Counted from the first letter of the stretch, positions 10,239 to 24,295 are shown. The stretch is 64,000 nucleotides of DNA from Tubulanus polymorphus (GCF_964204645.1 NC_134026.1:20618150-20682149), one strand, 5' to 3'. Program-made: numbers and translations. The notes: a model not told the origin generated them from the letters alone.

Positions 10239-13200
10239 GTAAATTGTAAACTGTTTCCGAACAATTCTGAGATTTCAAAACAAAGGGAAAAAGCAATATA
10301 GGATACCTAATTCATAGGCTATATTAAACCGCTTAGTGGCTTCGGGTGTTTTTTGAGATATTTTTTTCCGAATATCGCTCAAGTCGGGCACATTTTTACG
10401 GTCATTTGAATTCACAGAATAGAATCTATCTGGTTTTATCACGAAACGAATCGTTGAGTCCATGGTTGTGTTTAGTGAACCATCATGAAGAGCTAGATAC
10501 GTAGATTAGTCTGCTATTGTTACCTTTCGGCTGAGACCTCATCCGCTGCAAAACATGGCTTCCCGTACAAAACTATAACGACATTATTCATGGCGCGGTA
10601 TTCGGTAGGAAAAAATCACCTCCACTGTCGCGCTGGTATATTTTTTTGCTCCGGTGATTTTTTTTGCCGGCGGCTATGATCGGTATTTGTCTAGTTGCGT
10701 CCGCTGTGGTTTATCGGTTGTGGGGATGAGATGCGTATGAAATGCTAAATTGAGGTTAATAACGAATCGACGTTTTCTGACATTTTCTGAATTTATATCA
10801 ATAGTTTCGTAATAACGTTTATGTATAACGAAGAATGAAACGCCAGTTTTTTTGTATTTTGGTCACAATGTCAATTTATCTAATCAGAGCGCCAACGCTC
10901 GCACCCAACGTGGTCGAATCGTTCCTTACGGCGATTTGATACCAGTTTTAAGATAGCGCCGATGACAGACGCTACCTTCTTGTTCAAGTACAAGTTCAAA
11001 TTATTTTTGCAGATAGCATATGACAAACTATAAAATTGTCCTGCTTACTTCCTGGTCCACTGTGTGAGATGATATACTTTTCATTCGGGTTGCCCCGCTA
11101 GTATCACTCGGCAGAACCATGCACTCAAATTTGTTAACCAGAATCCAACGATCTGATGGTGGGCCATTTGGAGTGCTTTTGCAAAAGGCTACGATCTAGG
11201 GATAGCACAACCCTTATTCCCATTACGACTGTCACCATCCGCTCAGATGTAGTACTTTTACTTGAAGCTACTCAGGCGGCGGATGATGAACTATTGGAAA
11301 AAAAAAACATTCATCGTTTTAGAGTTCATGGCATAACTAAGCGAGTGTTGATGCGAGTAGCTTAGTTAAAAGTGCTGGATCTGGATTGATAACATATGCG
11401 TTAGCTGGGACATGCTGCAAATCATAGTATAAGCGGGTTTCGTCTTTAACAGAATCGTATTAACGAGGTTCGGCAGTAAATGTCACGTTACGAATATCGG
11501 CTCATTTGCCCTACTCTTATGTATTTCATATTTTCTTAAACGCAAAACTTCTTTATTGGTTATGATTGTTCGGGCAACTAACGCTGTATGGATTGACAAC
11601 GTGTTGGTATTGAATATGTCTGCAATATGTACGCTTTTAGAATCAGATATTTTTCGATCCATATTGAAATATAATGTAGAATATTTTTAAATTCCACACT
11701 CATATTCAGGCCTCTATACGCATTACTGGGAAAAGTGTTGTGATAGTCACATTCAGACTTCGAGTACCTTGCAGCTGGCAGTACTCGGAAAGCTTTGAAA
11801 AAAAACGACCACCAAACCACGCAACCTTTCGATTCGATTTAGTTTCATTCATCTCATTCAACATCGGTTAATTATGAGACTAATCGGGTTATATCTTGTG
11901 ACGGTTTGATAAGAGGCTTCACTCGTGACCGGGAGAACGTCTGAATATTCGGCCTTTTGGGAAATTAGAGAAAGTGCGCGACGATTCAGAGGGCCGCCGC
12001 AAGTGGAATGAAATTGTTGAAGAACGTTACGGCTGCAGTATCGTACTGAAATGAGAAATTAACTTATACACACACACATTATATTGACTGGATAAATTTG
12101 TGCCACACTGTTGCATACGCTCCTTGCGCTCCTTGTATTACCACTCCACTCGTGTCTACGGGCTATGATTATCTGTTTGACATTTTCTCCCATCTTCATG
12201 TGATTAACCAATTATGAAATCTTTGAAAATGTACGGCGTAAGAAGCTACGTGAGCGCTGCCCGAGAGTAACGCTCGGGGAGTAGCTAGCAATTAGCAGCT
12301 TACGAAATCTCAAAATGCGAACGCTCGTCGGGACGTGGCAGTTTCGTCAATTGGCGTAGCCTATATACGCCGGCTGATCAAATTGGATTAGCTCGCCGGG
12401 GCGCATCGGGCAAATGATGTCCCCCGGGGCTTGACTATTTTATGTGATACGACGTTCTAAATGCTTAATCATTTATCTTTTTCGGTTGCACCATAGACCC
12501 TAAATGAGTTTCGGTTTAGAGTTTATGTGGTTCCGCCAAACAACAGCCAAATAGCGCTAGATTATGTTTGTCGTTGATTGAGAATCACGTTGATTGAGAA
12601 TTCCAACGTAAGGTTTTTCAATTTCTAGTTGAATTATCTTGACAAGATAATCACTCGGAGGTGTCACCGATCTATTTAGAAGTTGATCTAAACCGAAAAC
12701 GCTCCCGAAGTTTAATTAAAGTCTGGTCTGTGTTGATGATAAAATTTGACTGGCGGCAAGTTTTAACTCAGGCGACTATTTGTAAACTACATTTAACACT
12801 GACTTGTCCAATACTGTACGCTTTATTGAATTATTCGGTTTTTTTCTAATAAAGATCATGCCAACTACCTGATATTTTATCGTTGAAGTCATTGACATCG
12901 CCTAGATTGAAATAGAATTGATACAGAGGATAGTATATTAATTTAATATCCACGTAATTATTAAGTTTTCTATGTTCTATTTCAATATTGCCTTTATCTT
13001 TTAATCCTAACCTTTCACTTCACTCGGCACTGGTCATTTGGACTTTCTTCTACTGACGTCTGGCCATTGTCTAGTGGAGCAATATAAATTCACGTCCCTC
13101 TATCCCTCTCTCTCTCTCTTTCTCTTTGGCTCTCGTCTCGACAATAAAGCAAACTTTTAATCACTTCAATATTGTTTGTGTTTCCGAGCTAGTTCCTGGT

Positions 13201-15130
13201 ATCAGAATGTTTGTACCTTCCCGAGGGAATATGATAGACAAAACCGATGATAGCACCAAAATATTCATTTGAATGGTACCCTGATCTACGACACTTGCAA
13301 AAGCTTCGCAGTTTTCGTGATAATGGCGATATTCTAACTCGGATATCGCAAAAATATGCATCCGAAGTACCGTACCCTTGATAATTCTAGATAGCAACCG
13401 GTATGTCAATTCACGACACCGTGATGTTTGATGCAAGAAAAATGATGATGTCTGCGGATTCAGATGACTTATTTATGCGCAAAGAATGTTCACCGATGAG
13501 ACTATGAACACCGCGCCGAAGACTCGTGTGACGGCTACTAATACGTGCTCCAACACGAATGGGTGACGATGTGATTCTTAATGCTCATCTTGATTAAGTC
13601 GCTTTTTTACTAGTTTCTACTGGTAAACCAGATGCTTAACTAAGATGAGCATCGAATATCAGATCTTAAGACAGTAACTTAAAGAATCGAATGTAGCAGC
13701 ACGGAAACTAGATAACATAATATCCATAATTAAGTTCATATAAAAATGAACGTGGATGATTATCGGATGAATATCGGTGGCTAGATAGCCTACTTACCAT
13801 TCTAAATTCTTTCCGAAATAGCATCTAACATCATAAGAAACACCCTACATAAATCACACATAGACCTAGATTTGTATGGTTAATTTTTAATTTAAGTAAA
13901 TTCAAGAAGTTAATTATATATGTATACTTAACTGCTGAAATCAAGTACAATCACTAAATCGGCTACAACACCACCAGTACATACTTCCATATCAGGTTCA
14001 AACTCTCAGTACCTTGGGAGTTGAAAATTAACAACCCATCAATATAGATCCACATTACGAAGTGGTAATGGTCTGTGTGGTGATGTAGCTTATTATGTAA
14101 TCTTTAGTTAACAAAAACTGTATGAAACAAAAACTGGATGGGAGTACAGTTTCTATCGTACGCATGTTTTTCCTCACCCGTCATATTACAAATCGGGACA
14201 CATTCAATTAAGCCTTGACATATTACTTTGGGTAACGACGTCTCGCGGTTGAAGACGTGACTGACAACCCACGAATAGTCGGTCGATATATGTGAAATAT
14301 AAATCACCGGGAAACGATGTATGATCGATGGATCTTTAAAGGGCCAAGTCGCGAGACATTCCACAACTGAGTTCGTCACTGTTGATTATGGCTTTCCGAA
14401 CCAGTTCAATAACCGTCAGTCGAATTTAGATATCTCGTATTGAAATCGATTTGGCTCCGAGTGATTGATGGCGCTCTCATTAAAGCGTGAGTTAAAGAAA
14501 CAAACAATCCCAATGTTATACATTATAGTAATCAGTCGACGGAAGCCGAAAAACTTGACAAATTGACCATTCCAGGTGTCACGAGTGGGCTGAAGGAGGT
14601 GGACGAGTGGGCTAAACCGTTTCGGCAGCGGCGTGCTTAGAGTAGGGCGTGTGGCTTAGCGGAATAAGAAAAATAACTTTTCCAGGCAATTTGAGGCAAA
14701 CATAAAAAGCGTGTGCTTTCGAATGAGGTTCCTGAAATGCATGTGGTTCTTTTTTGACACGCGCGAGTTTTGGCTAATTTTTAGAAGACTGATGTTGGCA
14801 TTCTTCAGCGCCGCTTGCAGCCGTATACGTGCATAGGCCTATATCGGAAACTACCGGTAATACTATCGATTCTAGGCGAGCTGCTCATTTGTTAGTCCTC
14901 GCCTTATGATGAGGCGGTATAGTCTTTCTTTCGTGCCTCTCCGCGTGTGATTGCGATGTGTCAATTTTCTGCGCAGACCTGTCGGCGTTATTTATATCGC
15001 GAAATCTCCTCATGCGGCAAATATAAATACCGAGAGAGCTACACACGAGCTGCAGTTCGTCTGCGGAGACATCTTCCCACCAGTGAAGTACGTTATAACC
15101 AGAAGCCCGGCCTGTACGTTGCACCTATTG

Positions 15131-15582
15131 CATCCTCCCTCGGCAGGGATTCGAACCTGATGGCTGGAAACCCTGCCACACTAGACAAGGGGCGGGCGCA
15201 GGAAAACCCTGTTAGCCTAACCATGGTTAGTGGCTTATCCGTGGTTAGGCTAACCAGATTGAAATAAGAGACCGCACAAAGATAATGTCTAACTGCGTTT
15301 TCCTGCGCCCATTTATGCCTAACCACAGTGTACTAACCACGGTTAGTACTAACAAAGTTTTCCTGCGCCCGACCCCGGTTGCGCAGGTGCGGAGACTTGC
15401 CGCACAAAAACTTGCGGCGCCAATCAAATTGCTCGTTGTTTAGTCGTTGAGGCAAATTTTAAATTCTAGCGGATCAGGATTTCTGATTGGCTAATACTGG
15501 CATAATCTATAAAGCTGCGCATATGGGTTTTGTGCCATTGCTGTGACACGCAATGGGTTCAAGTACCTGCCGGGGGAGGATG
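15131..15582 (+). mobile_element. Mutator-like MITE (family A) carrying a nested insertion
   Basis: CATCCTCCC..GGGAGGATG ends; 9-bp TSD CACCTATTG/CACGTATTG; same internal GCCGCAC(A/G)AAAACTTGCGGC..CCAATCA as 5960-6288. Confidence 0.85.
15189..15376. mobile_element. MITE nested in the family A copy
   Basis: TIRs GGGGCGGGCGCAGGAAAAC / GTTTTCCTGCGCCCGACCCC with internal CTAACCA(T/C)GGTTAG palindromes; interrupts the host CTAGAC|CGGGTGCGC motif. Confidence 0.8.
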
Positions 15583-17482
15583 CACGTATTGTCCACTCCA
15601 TCATATTGACCATCACATGGCAACTATGACTGCACTACTGTAAGTCATCCGTACGACGGCCAGGATGACGCGCTGTGATCTCGTTCAGCACGATTGAGCT
15701 CCGCCGTTACGGCGAAACGACATGCATAATCTATTTGAATTCTACGCTCTGAGAAGCTAAGCATCGACGGTTGTCAGTTCGTATGTACATCCCCACTTCC
15801 TTGAAAAGAAGCTGTACATTCTCGAGACGGGAAAAATCTTGAAGCCATGATTGTCCCGGGGGGATTAAGTGGTTCATCAAAGCTTCAATCAGAGGAATAT
15901 GGATGGAAACTGTTGGCAGGAAAATCGGAAGTAAAAGACAGTCACATTAGATTTCATAATTGCAGACCGCCGTCTTTGTTTAATGGTAGAATTATCATGA
16001 AGCGAAGCAAATGCTCGTTAGATCTCGATAAAGATCGTTTTTGAATTAAACGTCATACGAAACCCATAAACGCCTCTTCTACAATGTTTCGTAGCATGTA
16101 GCTGTGTTATACAGTGTCTCCAATGAGCTAGGTGATTAGAATATGCATAAAAAGATAATACGGAGAAAATACATCGATTACCCGAGCTGTTGTGGAAACC
16201 ATAAAGTATCAAGCTACCGAGTGTATAGCGGGGCAGACACTTCGTCGCGCAGATTGCCTCTTTATTAATGTTGCAACAACGAGGTTCTTATATTCACATA
16301 AAACGGCTAATTTCCATTGCTTCTCTAAATCAGCTTCCCGCTCTGTATATGCAGAGCAAATAAGGTTAATTTTCACTGAGTAGTAGTAGCTTTGATGATA
16401 AATGAAGGCGTGATCCTTTCCGCATTTGGGGGCTTACTAACCATGTCGGATTATCAATTTGACTCAGGACTTGTAGCAGACATAATTACGAAAACGTCGC
16501 GACTCTTGTAACTGATGTTCATAGTTTTCGACTGAGAGGATCTTACAGGCATCGTCTATAAGTAAAAGTACATATTTCTACCCATGAGTACATGTTATTT
16601 GCCCATATTTACAAGTCCTATTGCAAATATGGGCAAGGCTTTAGTCTGCATATTCTGTGCAAAACTGGCTGACATCTTGGGCGATTAAGCAAACCTTGAA
16701 AGATGAGCAGAGTTAAGCAGCTCAGATTGAAGTCAAAAATTCATACGTAACATATATAATGTATTATCACGTTCATCGGTTAGAACTATGAACGGCACAT
16801 ACGATGTGCAATAATGAACATATAGAAGCTTTATAACAACAGAGATAACTTTAACTTTAAGAGAGAAAGCCAGGCCAACCCAATCAATCAAATATTACAT
16901 TTGTAATCATAACTGAGTAAAGGTGGTGGAGTGGGATGGTATAGCCGTCCGAGGATTTGTTTGCGCAGGAAAACATACGTGTTTCCAGGCTATGCCACCT
17001 CACGAATGTAGCACTGACGTATATATTATTCAATGTCGCTGTCGTAGCTCGCCGTCTGAATTTTTTCGTCTAGAAAACCTTTCCCGCGGCGACGCTTCGC
17101 GCCTAATCCTGGGGCGCGGTAATTCATCAAACGATGAGACATACGGCGATGATCTTGACGACGAACGTGCAGGCTTTGGAGCTAGTTGGAGCTTTCCCAC
17201 GAAGTCGTTACGCAAAATAATGACGGTAACTTCAAATAGAATGACGAGTCCAAAATTACGCCAATCAGATCATATCTTATACCGGATCCCGCGAAATGAA
17301 AAAATTAGGCAAATGAGAAATGTCTGTTTTGATACGAAAAAAAGAGTATTCAAGTTTCGCTCTGATGGTCCGGAAACTATTCAAAAACGGTGCATTTTAT
17401 TCAACAGTTTAACTCAAGCCAGTCATAATACAACTATGTTTATAAGAATTAAAGGGTGAGGCATCAAATCAACTACTTCCTA

Positions 17483-17730
17483 AGCTGCGATCACACGGAG
17501 ACGATTCGGCGCTGGCCAAGTTGGCACGGATTAGGTCCGTGCCTATCAAACCGTTCATTCGATACTAAACAATGCTCAAACAAAGCGAAGCAGTAACCAG
17601 TTGCTTTTCAATCGCAATTATTTGTCCCGTGCTAAAATTTGGCTCGAACAGGCTCGGGCCCGTTTGGCACCCGTGTGGACTTCCGGGCTAAATTTGGCAC
17701 GGGAAAAAAAACGCTCGTGTGATCGCAGCT
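17483..17730. mobile_element. PIF/Harbinger-like MITE
   Basis: 15-bp TIR AGCTGCGATCACACG / CGTGTGATCGCAGCT; 3-bp TSD CTA; internal TTGGCACG repeats. Confidence 0.8.
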
Positions 17731-18672
17731 CTAATTTCTTGGTTAGACTCAGCTAGAACCACTTCTTTCGTTTTTCAGACGACTTCTTTGTTCCGGGAAG
17801 TAATTGATATTCTGCGCGGCGCGGTCAGGTCGAAGCCGGTAACAAGGCAATTTTCTTCTTCCGTGTCTGTCCTTGTGTCGGGCTAGAATTTCATTTACAC
17901 CAGACGAAGTTGATTGGGGATCGGCCTCATTTTTATTCGGCCACAATTTGTGACTTGTTTTTCAAAGAGATCTGTCTAGTAGTTTGATGAGAGATATCGG
18001 AGTGATGATATTTTCCGGAGCACTGAAATATCGTTCACACCTAATCCATATATTTTGAGAAATTATTCACTATTCTATGCGCTTGTATTGGGGATGAAAT
18101 AATAGTGGCATAGTCACCAGAATGGTTGAAAATAATGCATATACGCATCGACCGCAAAATGCTGACAGGCCCTTAGCCTGGGGTTCGGGGTTCCTTTCCA
18201 CTCGTGCTTGATTTTGGAAAATCGTTAACCTGAAAAACTCATGACTATCGCGACGTATTATATGTATTTGATTTGTTCAAATATCTAGGCCTTCGTTACA
18301 TCAACGGAATCGACCAGAGGCCTAAGTTATCTGAGCATAGAATTTTCAAAAGTCAACCGGGTGGGAGCCCCAGACTCCGTTCAGTTCCAGCCAAATAGAA
18401 ATCGAACCTCTAGCCCGGCCTCATCTGTTTATCAGCTAAACTATTTGAATAAGCAACTGCAACGCTAACACATCGGTCGTTTCTTTGTGATTGGTTGAGC
18501 CGGTTCTATCAACTCTATTTTTTGCAGATGTTCAGAAAACAATGAGTGGCGAAGACGAACACGAATTGCAAGAACAGAAAAACGATGCAAATGATGCGGG
18601 TAAGTTATTATCTGTGCGGGTAAGTTATTATCTGTTCGTTTAGAACGAAGAAACGAATGCACGACGTCTTCC

Positions 18673-18762
18673 ATGCGACAGCTTCTTCGGGCGTCGCTAC
18701 CGTCGCTGTCGGTTTTCATCCATCGCGCATCTGACTGTTTCCCCGCGGCGTCGGCTTTTGAG
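18673..18762 (+). CDS. Candidate first coding exon (30 codons, phase 0)
   Basis: GC-rich ATG..GAG|GTTAGG, MRQLLRASLPSLSVFIHRASDCFPAASAFE; reverse CCAAT (ATTGG) at about 18490; phase is compatible with the 45295 micro-exon; no recognisable homology. Confidence 0.3.
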
Positions 18763-20635
18763 GTTAGGTATACGGTACCTCACGGAGTACCCAGAAATGA
18801 AAAAGAATCGTGGTGACACAAAAGAATGGCTTATTTCACCCAAGCTAGACTTAGCAAACAGCAAAGATGATTTTTTATTCTATAAGGGTCGCCTTCATTT
18901 GCACCTCTCAGCTTCCCATATTCGATTTGTATTTCGAACTGAAATATTGTGGCATTGTGACATTTTATTTTGAGATTCGTGATTTGCGACTCGAAAAATG
19001 TATTTTCAATTCTAAATGAGATCCTTCCGATGTACATATATACACTAATGTTATTTCGATAGAATTTCTAGCTTATTGACAACTACAGCGGGCTGTCATT
19101 ATTGCCCCAACACACGAGCACTCTTGACTGGATTAATGGCGTCGTACTCACAGCAGCTTTCGCTGAGAGTAAGCCACATTCATCGCCGCCGCCGTCGCTT
19201 CCTGTCACGCCGCCACGGAAATAGATTGATGTTTGAGGATGACCAAAGGGCGAACAATCCCTCAATTCTCCTTCAATCAGCGGCTATTCGATAACAATTT
19301 ACAGTTCATTAGTCGACAGCGGTGACAATCAAAGTCTGTTGATCCTAGGGTAATGTAAAATGCAGCGGCGATACTGTCTATAGTGCTGGACACTATAAAT
19401 GGCTGGCTATGATATAAACTCGTTTCAAGAAATTCGCAATTCGCAGAACGACTCGGACATTTCGTTTTTAAGTTTCATCGGTATTGTGTTGTTTGCATCT
19501 TAAACGAGCGAACGAAATGCAGGATCAGGCATTCGCGACAAATTAAGGCACAGAATCTTCCAGCATCTCCGAAGATTCCAAATCCATCTTTTACCGGTCA
19601 AGCAAATGATTCCGTCACGTTCGGTTGGTTGATTGGACGCACGCAAATCGTAGAAATCTCTCGTGATTATTTCCTATAGACAAAATACGTATACAATACA
19701 CGCATTAGTTGTAATATTGCCATTACAAAATCGGCTCATCGGATTTGAGAAAAAAATCCATTCGCTTTTTTACAGTGTGTGTGTGGGGGGGGGGGGCATA
19801 GCACACCTCACTGGATATCACTCCGGTAGCCGATCGTCAAATGATCGGGTGAATGAGCAAGTTTGCGACGGCGTGAATTACTCCGCAACTGCGCGGATCT
19901 CACGAGTTTCGGCGCTTATTTTTACCTTGTAGCGTTCAAGAAGCTCGTTTCAGACTGAGTACACTCACCTTATTCGTTACCCATCCACCCGGAAAACTGC
20001 TCAAGTCGATGAAATTTTACACCGATCCTTATCGACCGGTCTAGTAAAGTTATGTGGACCTAGTTCCACGGGTTGGGTATGCAAGTAAGAGTTAACTCCG
20101 TATTCAAATAAATTCATCTCCGATGTTTTGACTGCAGACTGAAATTCTAATCGAGAGCTACGGAACTGGCTGTCCTGATTGTCAAATCCGAACCTGGTGC
20201 TTACAGCGACAACGCTAATAGGGCCGCGTTTACCTTATTAACATGCATGATGAGAAATGATGACAAAGATTCAATTGTACTTTCAAATTATTCGTCATCA
20301 GTATAGAATGAGATATGTTTGGCGCTTCATAAGACGTAACCACGTATTTTAACCATACTGAACGTTGTAAAGCATTAATACTCTGGAAGATTCAATAGCC
20401 TATGTGTGGAATTGCCATTTCAAACTCGTAGTATAAACTGATGACTTTTTTAGATATATATCTTTTACCTAACCATTGATCGAGAATACCTATAATATAC
20501 TGGTGTTACATATACATGAATGATAACGCAGAATTTCATGACATACTCTTTGAGCGTGTATTGATACCGGATGGCACAGGTACGTCTACAAGACAACAGG
20601 TTAAACTAAATACCGATGATGAACGCCATAAACTA

Positions 20636-20900
20636 TAAGCCTTTCTGTTAGGCGCCACGTTTAAGGTAACCGCGGGCTACGCATTATTGGATTTTCTTTT
20701 CTATTTCGTTCATATCTCTGGATTGGAAAATAAATATACGAAATGAAAATTTCAATCAAACCAGTCATCATTTTCATGATGAATATAATCATCGGTACTT
20801 TCTTCCCCATAATTCAGCTTAAGTTATTGTTCATCTCATAATTCTAACAAATTTTGAATTCTATTTTAATTGAAATATTCAGGATGTGGTTTTCTCCGTT
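20636..20900 (+). repeat. Interspersed repeat, copy of 5425-5790
   Basis: Same conserved blocks as 5425-5790, in the same order. Confidence 0.65.
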
Positions 20901-21984
20901 TTTTTACAATTTAGAATCATCTTTGTTAATTTTTGTATTTAGTTGAACTTCCAAAACGCGTTTTTTCAAGTCCCATGAGTGCATCTATCTATACATACGG
21001 AAATTCAAAAGTTCCTGTATCCGGAGAATGGAAATATTTTTCAAAACTTATATCTCAATTTTTGCAATTCATTTATCTATTGGAAAATCTAAAATTGTCA
21101 CTGTCATTCACACAGTATGCTATATCAAGTGGAATCCATACGGCATTATGATATTACGGCATTATAAATTACATATTCATTTACACTTAACATTATAAGA
21201 TAACATGGTAGTGAAAAGTAACCTTTTTTCCAAGCTATTTCCCGATTCCCATAAGTTTTATTTGTAATTTACCTTATTTGCATGGAGAATTGTTACCGTA
21301 TTTTCACGTCATCAAAGTTCATACTTATAATTAATTGATACAGATGAGAAATGAGCGGGTATATTCAATTTCCATAGAATGGATTCGAAAAGACGTTTAT
21401 TTTCATTCACCCGTTCGTATTTATCAAATTAATCAGATCAGCCGTGTGTATGCGGTCGTCGATAAATCTGAGCATACATTCAATTTCTATCAAATCAGTT
21501 TTCCTGTGCCCGCGGGGCCTTATGTGCCAACAGCACCCGGGGCTTATGAAATAATAGCATTACTCGCATCGATGTGTTATTGGATGCGGTAAATCTGCTC
21601 GGATTTCTTAACGAAATTTGCGACGGTCATTTTCGAGGCGAAACGAAAACAATTTCATACACAACGCGTATCGTAAATCGTATTTCATTTACTGCTAATA
21701 ATACTGAACACTGTACGTACAAAACGCCTCGAAATATTTACTCATGTTCATATTGTGCGAACATAACTACAGAAATATGTAGAAGCGGCTGCACCGACCA
21801 CGCCCGAAAAACAAGCCGAAAACACCCAACAACATACACCTGGCCAAAACCCAAACCAAAAGTTGAACCCAACCCTTTCGGCGCTGACTAATTGATATCC
21901 TGAAGTGCTGGAGATAATTTGAACATTTCCGAAAAATTCCAACCCAGTGCATTGAATAACGTACATACCGATGTGCTGCACCTT

Positions 21985-22150
21985 CACCGTGGTGCGGTGT
22001 GTCGTTAGTTATTAATGTTTAACTGTGTTTGGCAGCTGGTGATGCTATCTTTCATTAGAGAAAAAACCGATTACCAATTACATCAATACACCGCAGTGCG
22101 GTGTACTAGCCAAGTCCTCACCGATTTATACGCCGCACTGCGGTGTGGAC
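21985..22150. repeat. Three spaced copies of palindrome ACACCGCAGTGCGGTGT
   Basis: CACCGTGGTGCGGTGT (about 21985), ACACCGCAGTGCGGTGT (about 22088), ACGCCGCACTGCGGTGT (about 22130). Confidence 0.6.
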
Positions 22151-22498
22151 GAACTGAAAGTACCCCTTAGTTAGCTACCCATGGGAATCCGCATTCTGCA
22201 AAATAAGCGTGCTGTATCCCTATCCAACCTCCTAGCCAACATGACTGGAGCCATGACAACGGGCACTAAGAAACTCGCGGCGAGAGAAGTTAGAAAGCAG
22301 GACGTAAATAGAAATGACGGAATCTATGATGATTTTGATTTGTTACCAAAAGTGCAAGTTGTTAAGCAGAATCAATAGGTTGCAGACGCTCGAAGCGCGC
22401 GAAAGTTTATGGGTTTTTAGCCTCGAAACGAGCCAGAAAGTAGAATGAAAGATTGATAGCGACCAAAGGATCGGGCTTCTAAGTGCGGAAGTCTCCTA

Positions 22499-22555
22499 CA
22501 GGCTGGAACTCCTGACCCGCTGAGTCAAACGCTATAACCACAACGCTGTCAGGTT
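22499..22555 (-). mobile_element. Possible degenerate tRNA-derived SINE head
   Basis: Minus strand CAGCGTTGTGGTTATAGCG (A-box-like) .. GGAGTTCCAGCC (B-box-like). Confidence 0.3.
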
Positions 22556-24295
22556 TCGGCCAGCTCGCGCAACAAAAGTTATCGTGTGTAATATCAAAAT
22601 AATCGGTAGGTCGAGCTCAGATATTCAAGCGGGCTTTATGGTAGGTCACGCATTTCAGGTATTTCTATAGAAAAATGTTTTCCGATTGTTATGTTTTCCA
22701 AAATATTGACAAAGCATGTTTCAACGATTCATTGTCGAATTTAAGAGAAGTTTAACGTTCGTGACAAAATTGGATAGAAACGAGTAAAAAGTTCTTCAAC
22801 GGAACATAAGCTTTTGTAAATGTTGCAGCGAATATTTTGACAATTCAACCGAAAACATCTTTTCATGGTTCGAAGGAAACCAAAATATCTATGAAGGAAT
22901 GATAAAATGTAGAAAACAATCGAATGTCAGTTTCATAAGTTTGACTTATTGCAGGTGATTGGTGTAGATTTTCGGAAACGATTTCGGATGAATAAAATAT
23001 ACTCTCAGAAGATTTTCTGAATATCTGAATATGTTTCTCCATAAATCTTTTTGAAGTACCTACTCGGTGGTACTTGTTTGGAGCATGTACCCTACTCGGT
23101 ACACCCATTTATGATATTCGACGCTCATAAAAATGATCGGGTACACGTAATCGGCGCGCTCATAAAAACGTTGTTATACTCGGGTAGGATACTCGGCGTG
23201 CCCATAAAACGCCTTGTTTTATGCGGAATCCCACAGACATTAATGGACTAGAAACCCCACATCGTTTCAAATTTAGATAGGTGTTATATACATCATAAAA
23301 GTAAATGTACGTCATTATTGTAACATTTTGGCACCGTTCAAATTAAATTCAGGTCGAATTAGAATATGCATATTTCATTATAACGAATGAATTATTATAA
23401 ACCATAAAAATGCACCGTGTTTCGCGTCAATTTTAGCATAGCCCAAGGCGTGTAGGGTTTAGCTCTATATTTCATGTTATTTCGCCTGGTAATATGTCCT
23501 GATGTACGGTTGGGTGGTTTGGGTTATCGGATTTCGTGCTAGTGTTGATCAAGGTGGCCTCTTGCCTGGAATTCAGGGAAATCAGGGTACAGTCAGTGAA
23601 TTTTCTTTCCTTTAATAAGTCAGGGAATTGTCTGCAGGAAAAAAAACCTATTTTTGTCTCGTGCGTGTAAATCTAAAATAACCTACTGGCATTACTTGTG
23701 TATTATTGCATAATCATTAAAATGCCGTTAGATGTCAATATTACCATCTTTTCCGATCGAGGATGCTGGACTTAAATTGTTTCGTCACACTCCTTTCTAT
23801 AAGCAAGAACCTGCAAGAATATGATCGTTGAACGTCCCTATATTACTACTTTACTTAATCCCATAATGCGAAATTGAAGCGCAGATCCTAAAATTTAACA
23901 TTATTACGCATATGGATAACTAATTGAACGACTTATTTAGCTTTGACATTTTCCCCGCGGTTAAATGCGCCTGGCGTGTTTATTGCTTTTTGCTCGCACA
24001 AGTGCTTAATACGCTTTCGACATAGTCGCGGCGACGCGCCGATAAATGAAACCTGATTTTCTATCAAACCAGAATCCGTCGACTCGATGAAACGAATCGC
24101 ACGGATTCAATTAGATTTTCCATTGAGTGTGAAAGTGCGCTAGAAACCGCCGTCAATTGATTCAATTTAACGATCTTTTCGCATGTACTATCGCAAGGAG
24201 TTGATCGTTCCGGGGGTACTCTGAAAGGGTAAATTCGCTATGTGAATAAAAGTTGAATGGCGTCGTTCGACGACTGAGATTTATATGACCGCAAA

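Noticed and set aside
16923-17459. Longest ORF in the window (178 aa, GTG start)
   Set aside because: Non-ATG start in eukaryotic DNA, no recognisable domain and no convincing splice structure.
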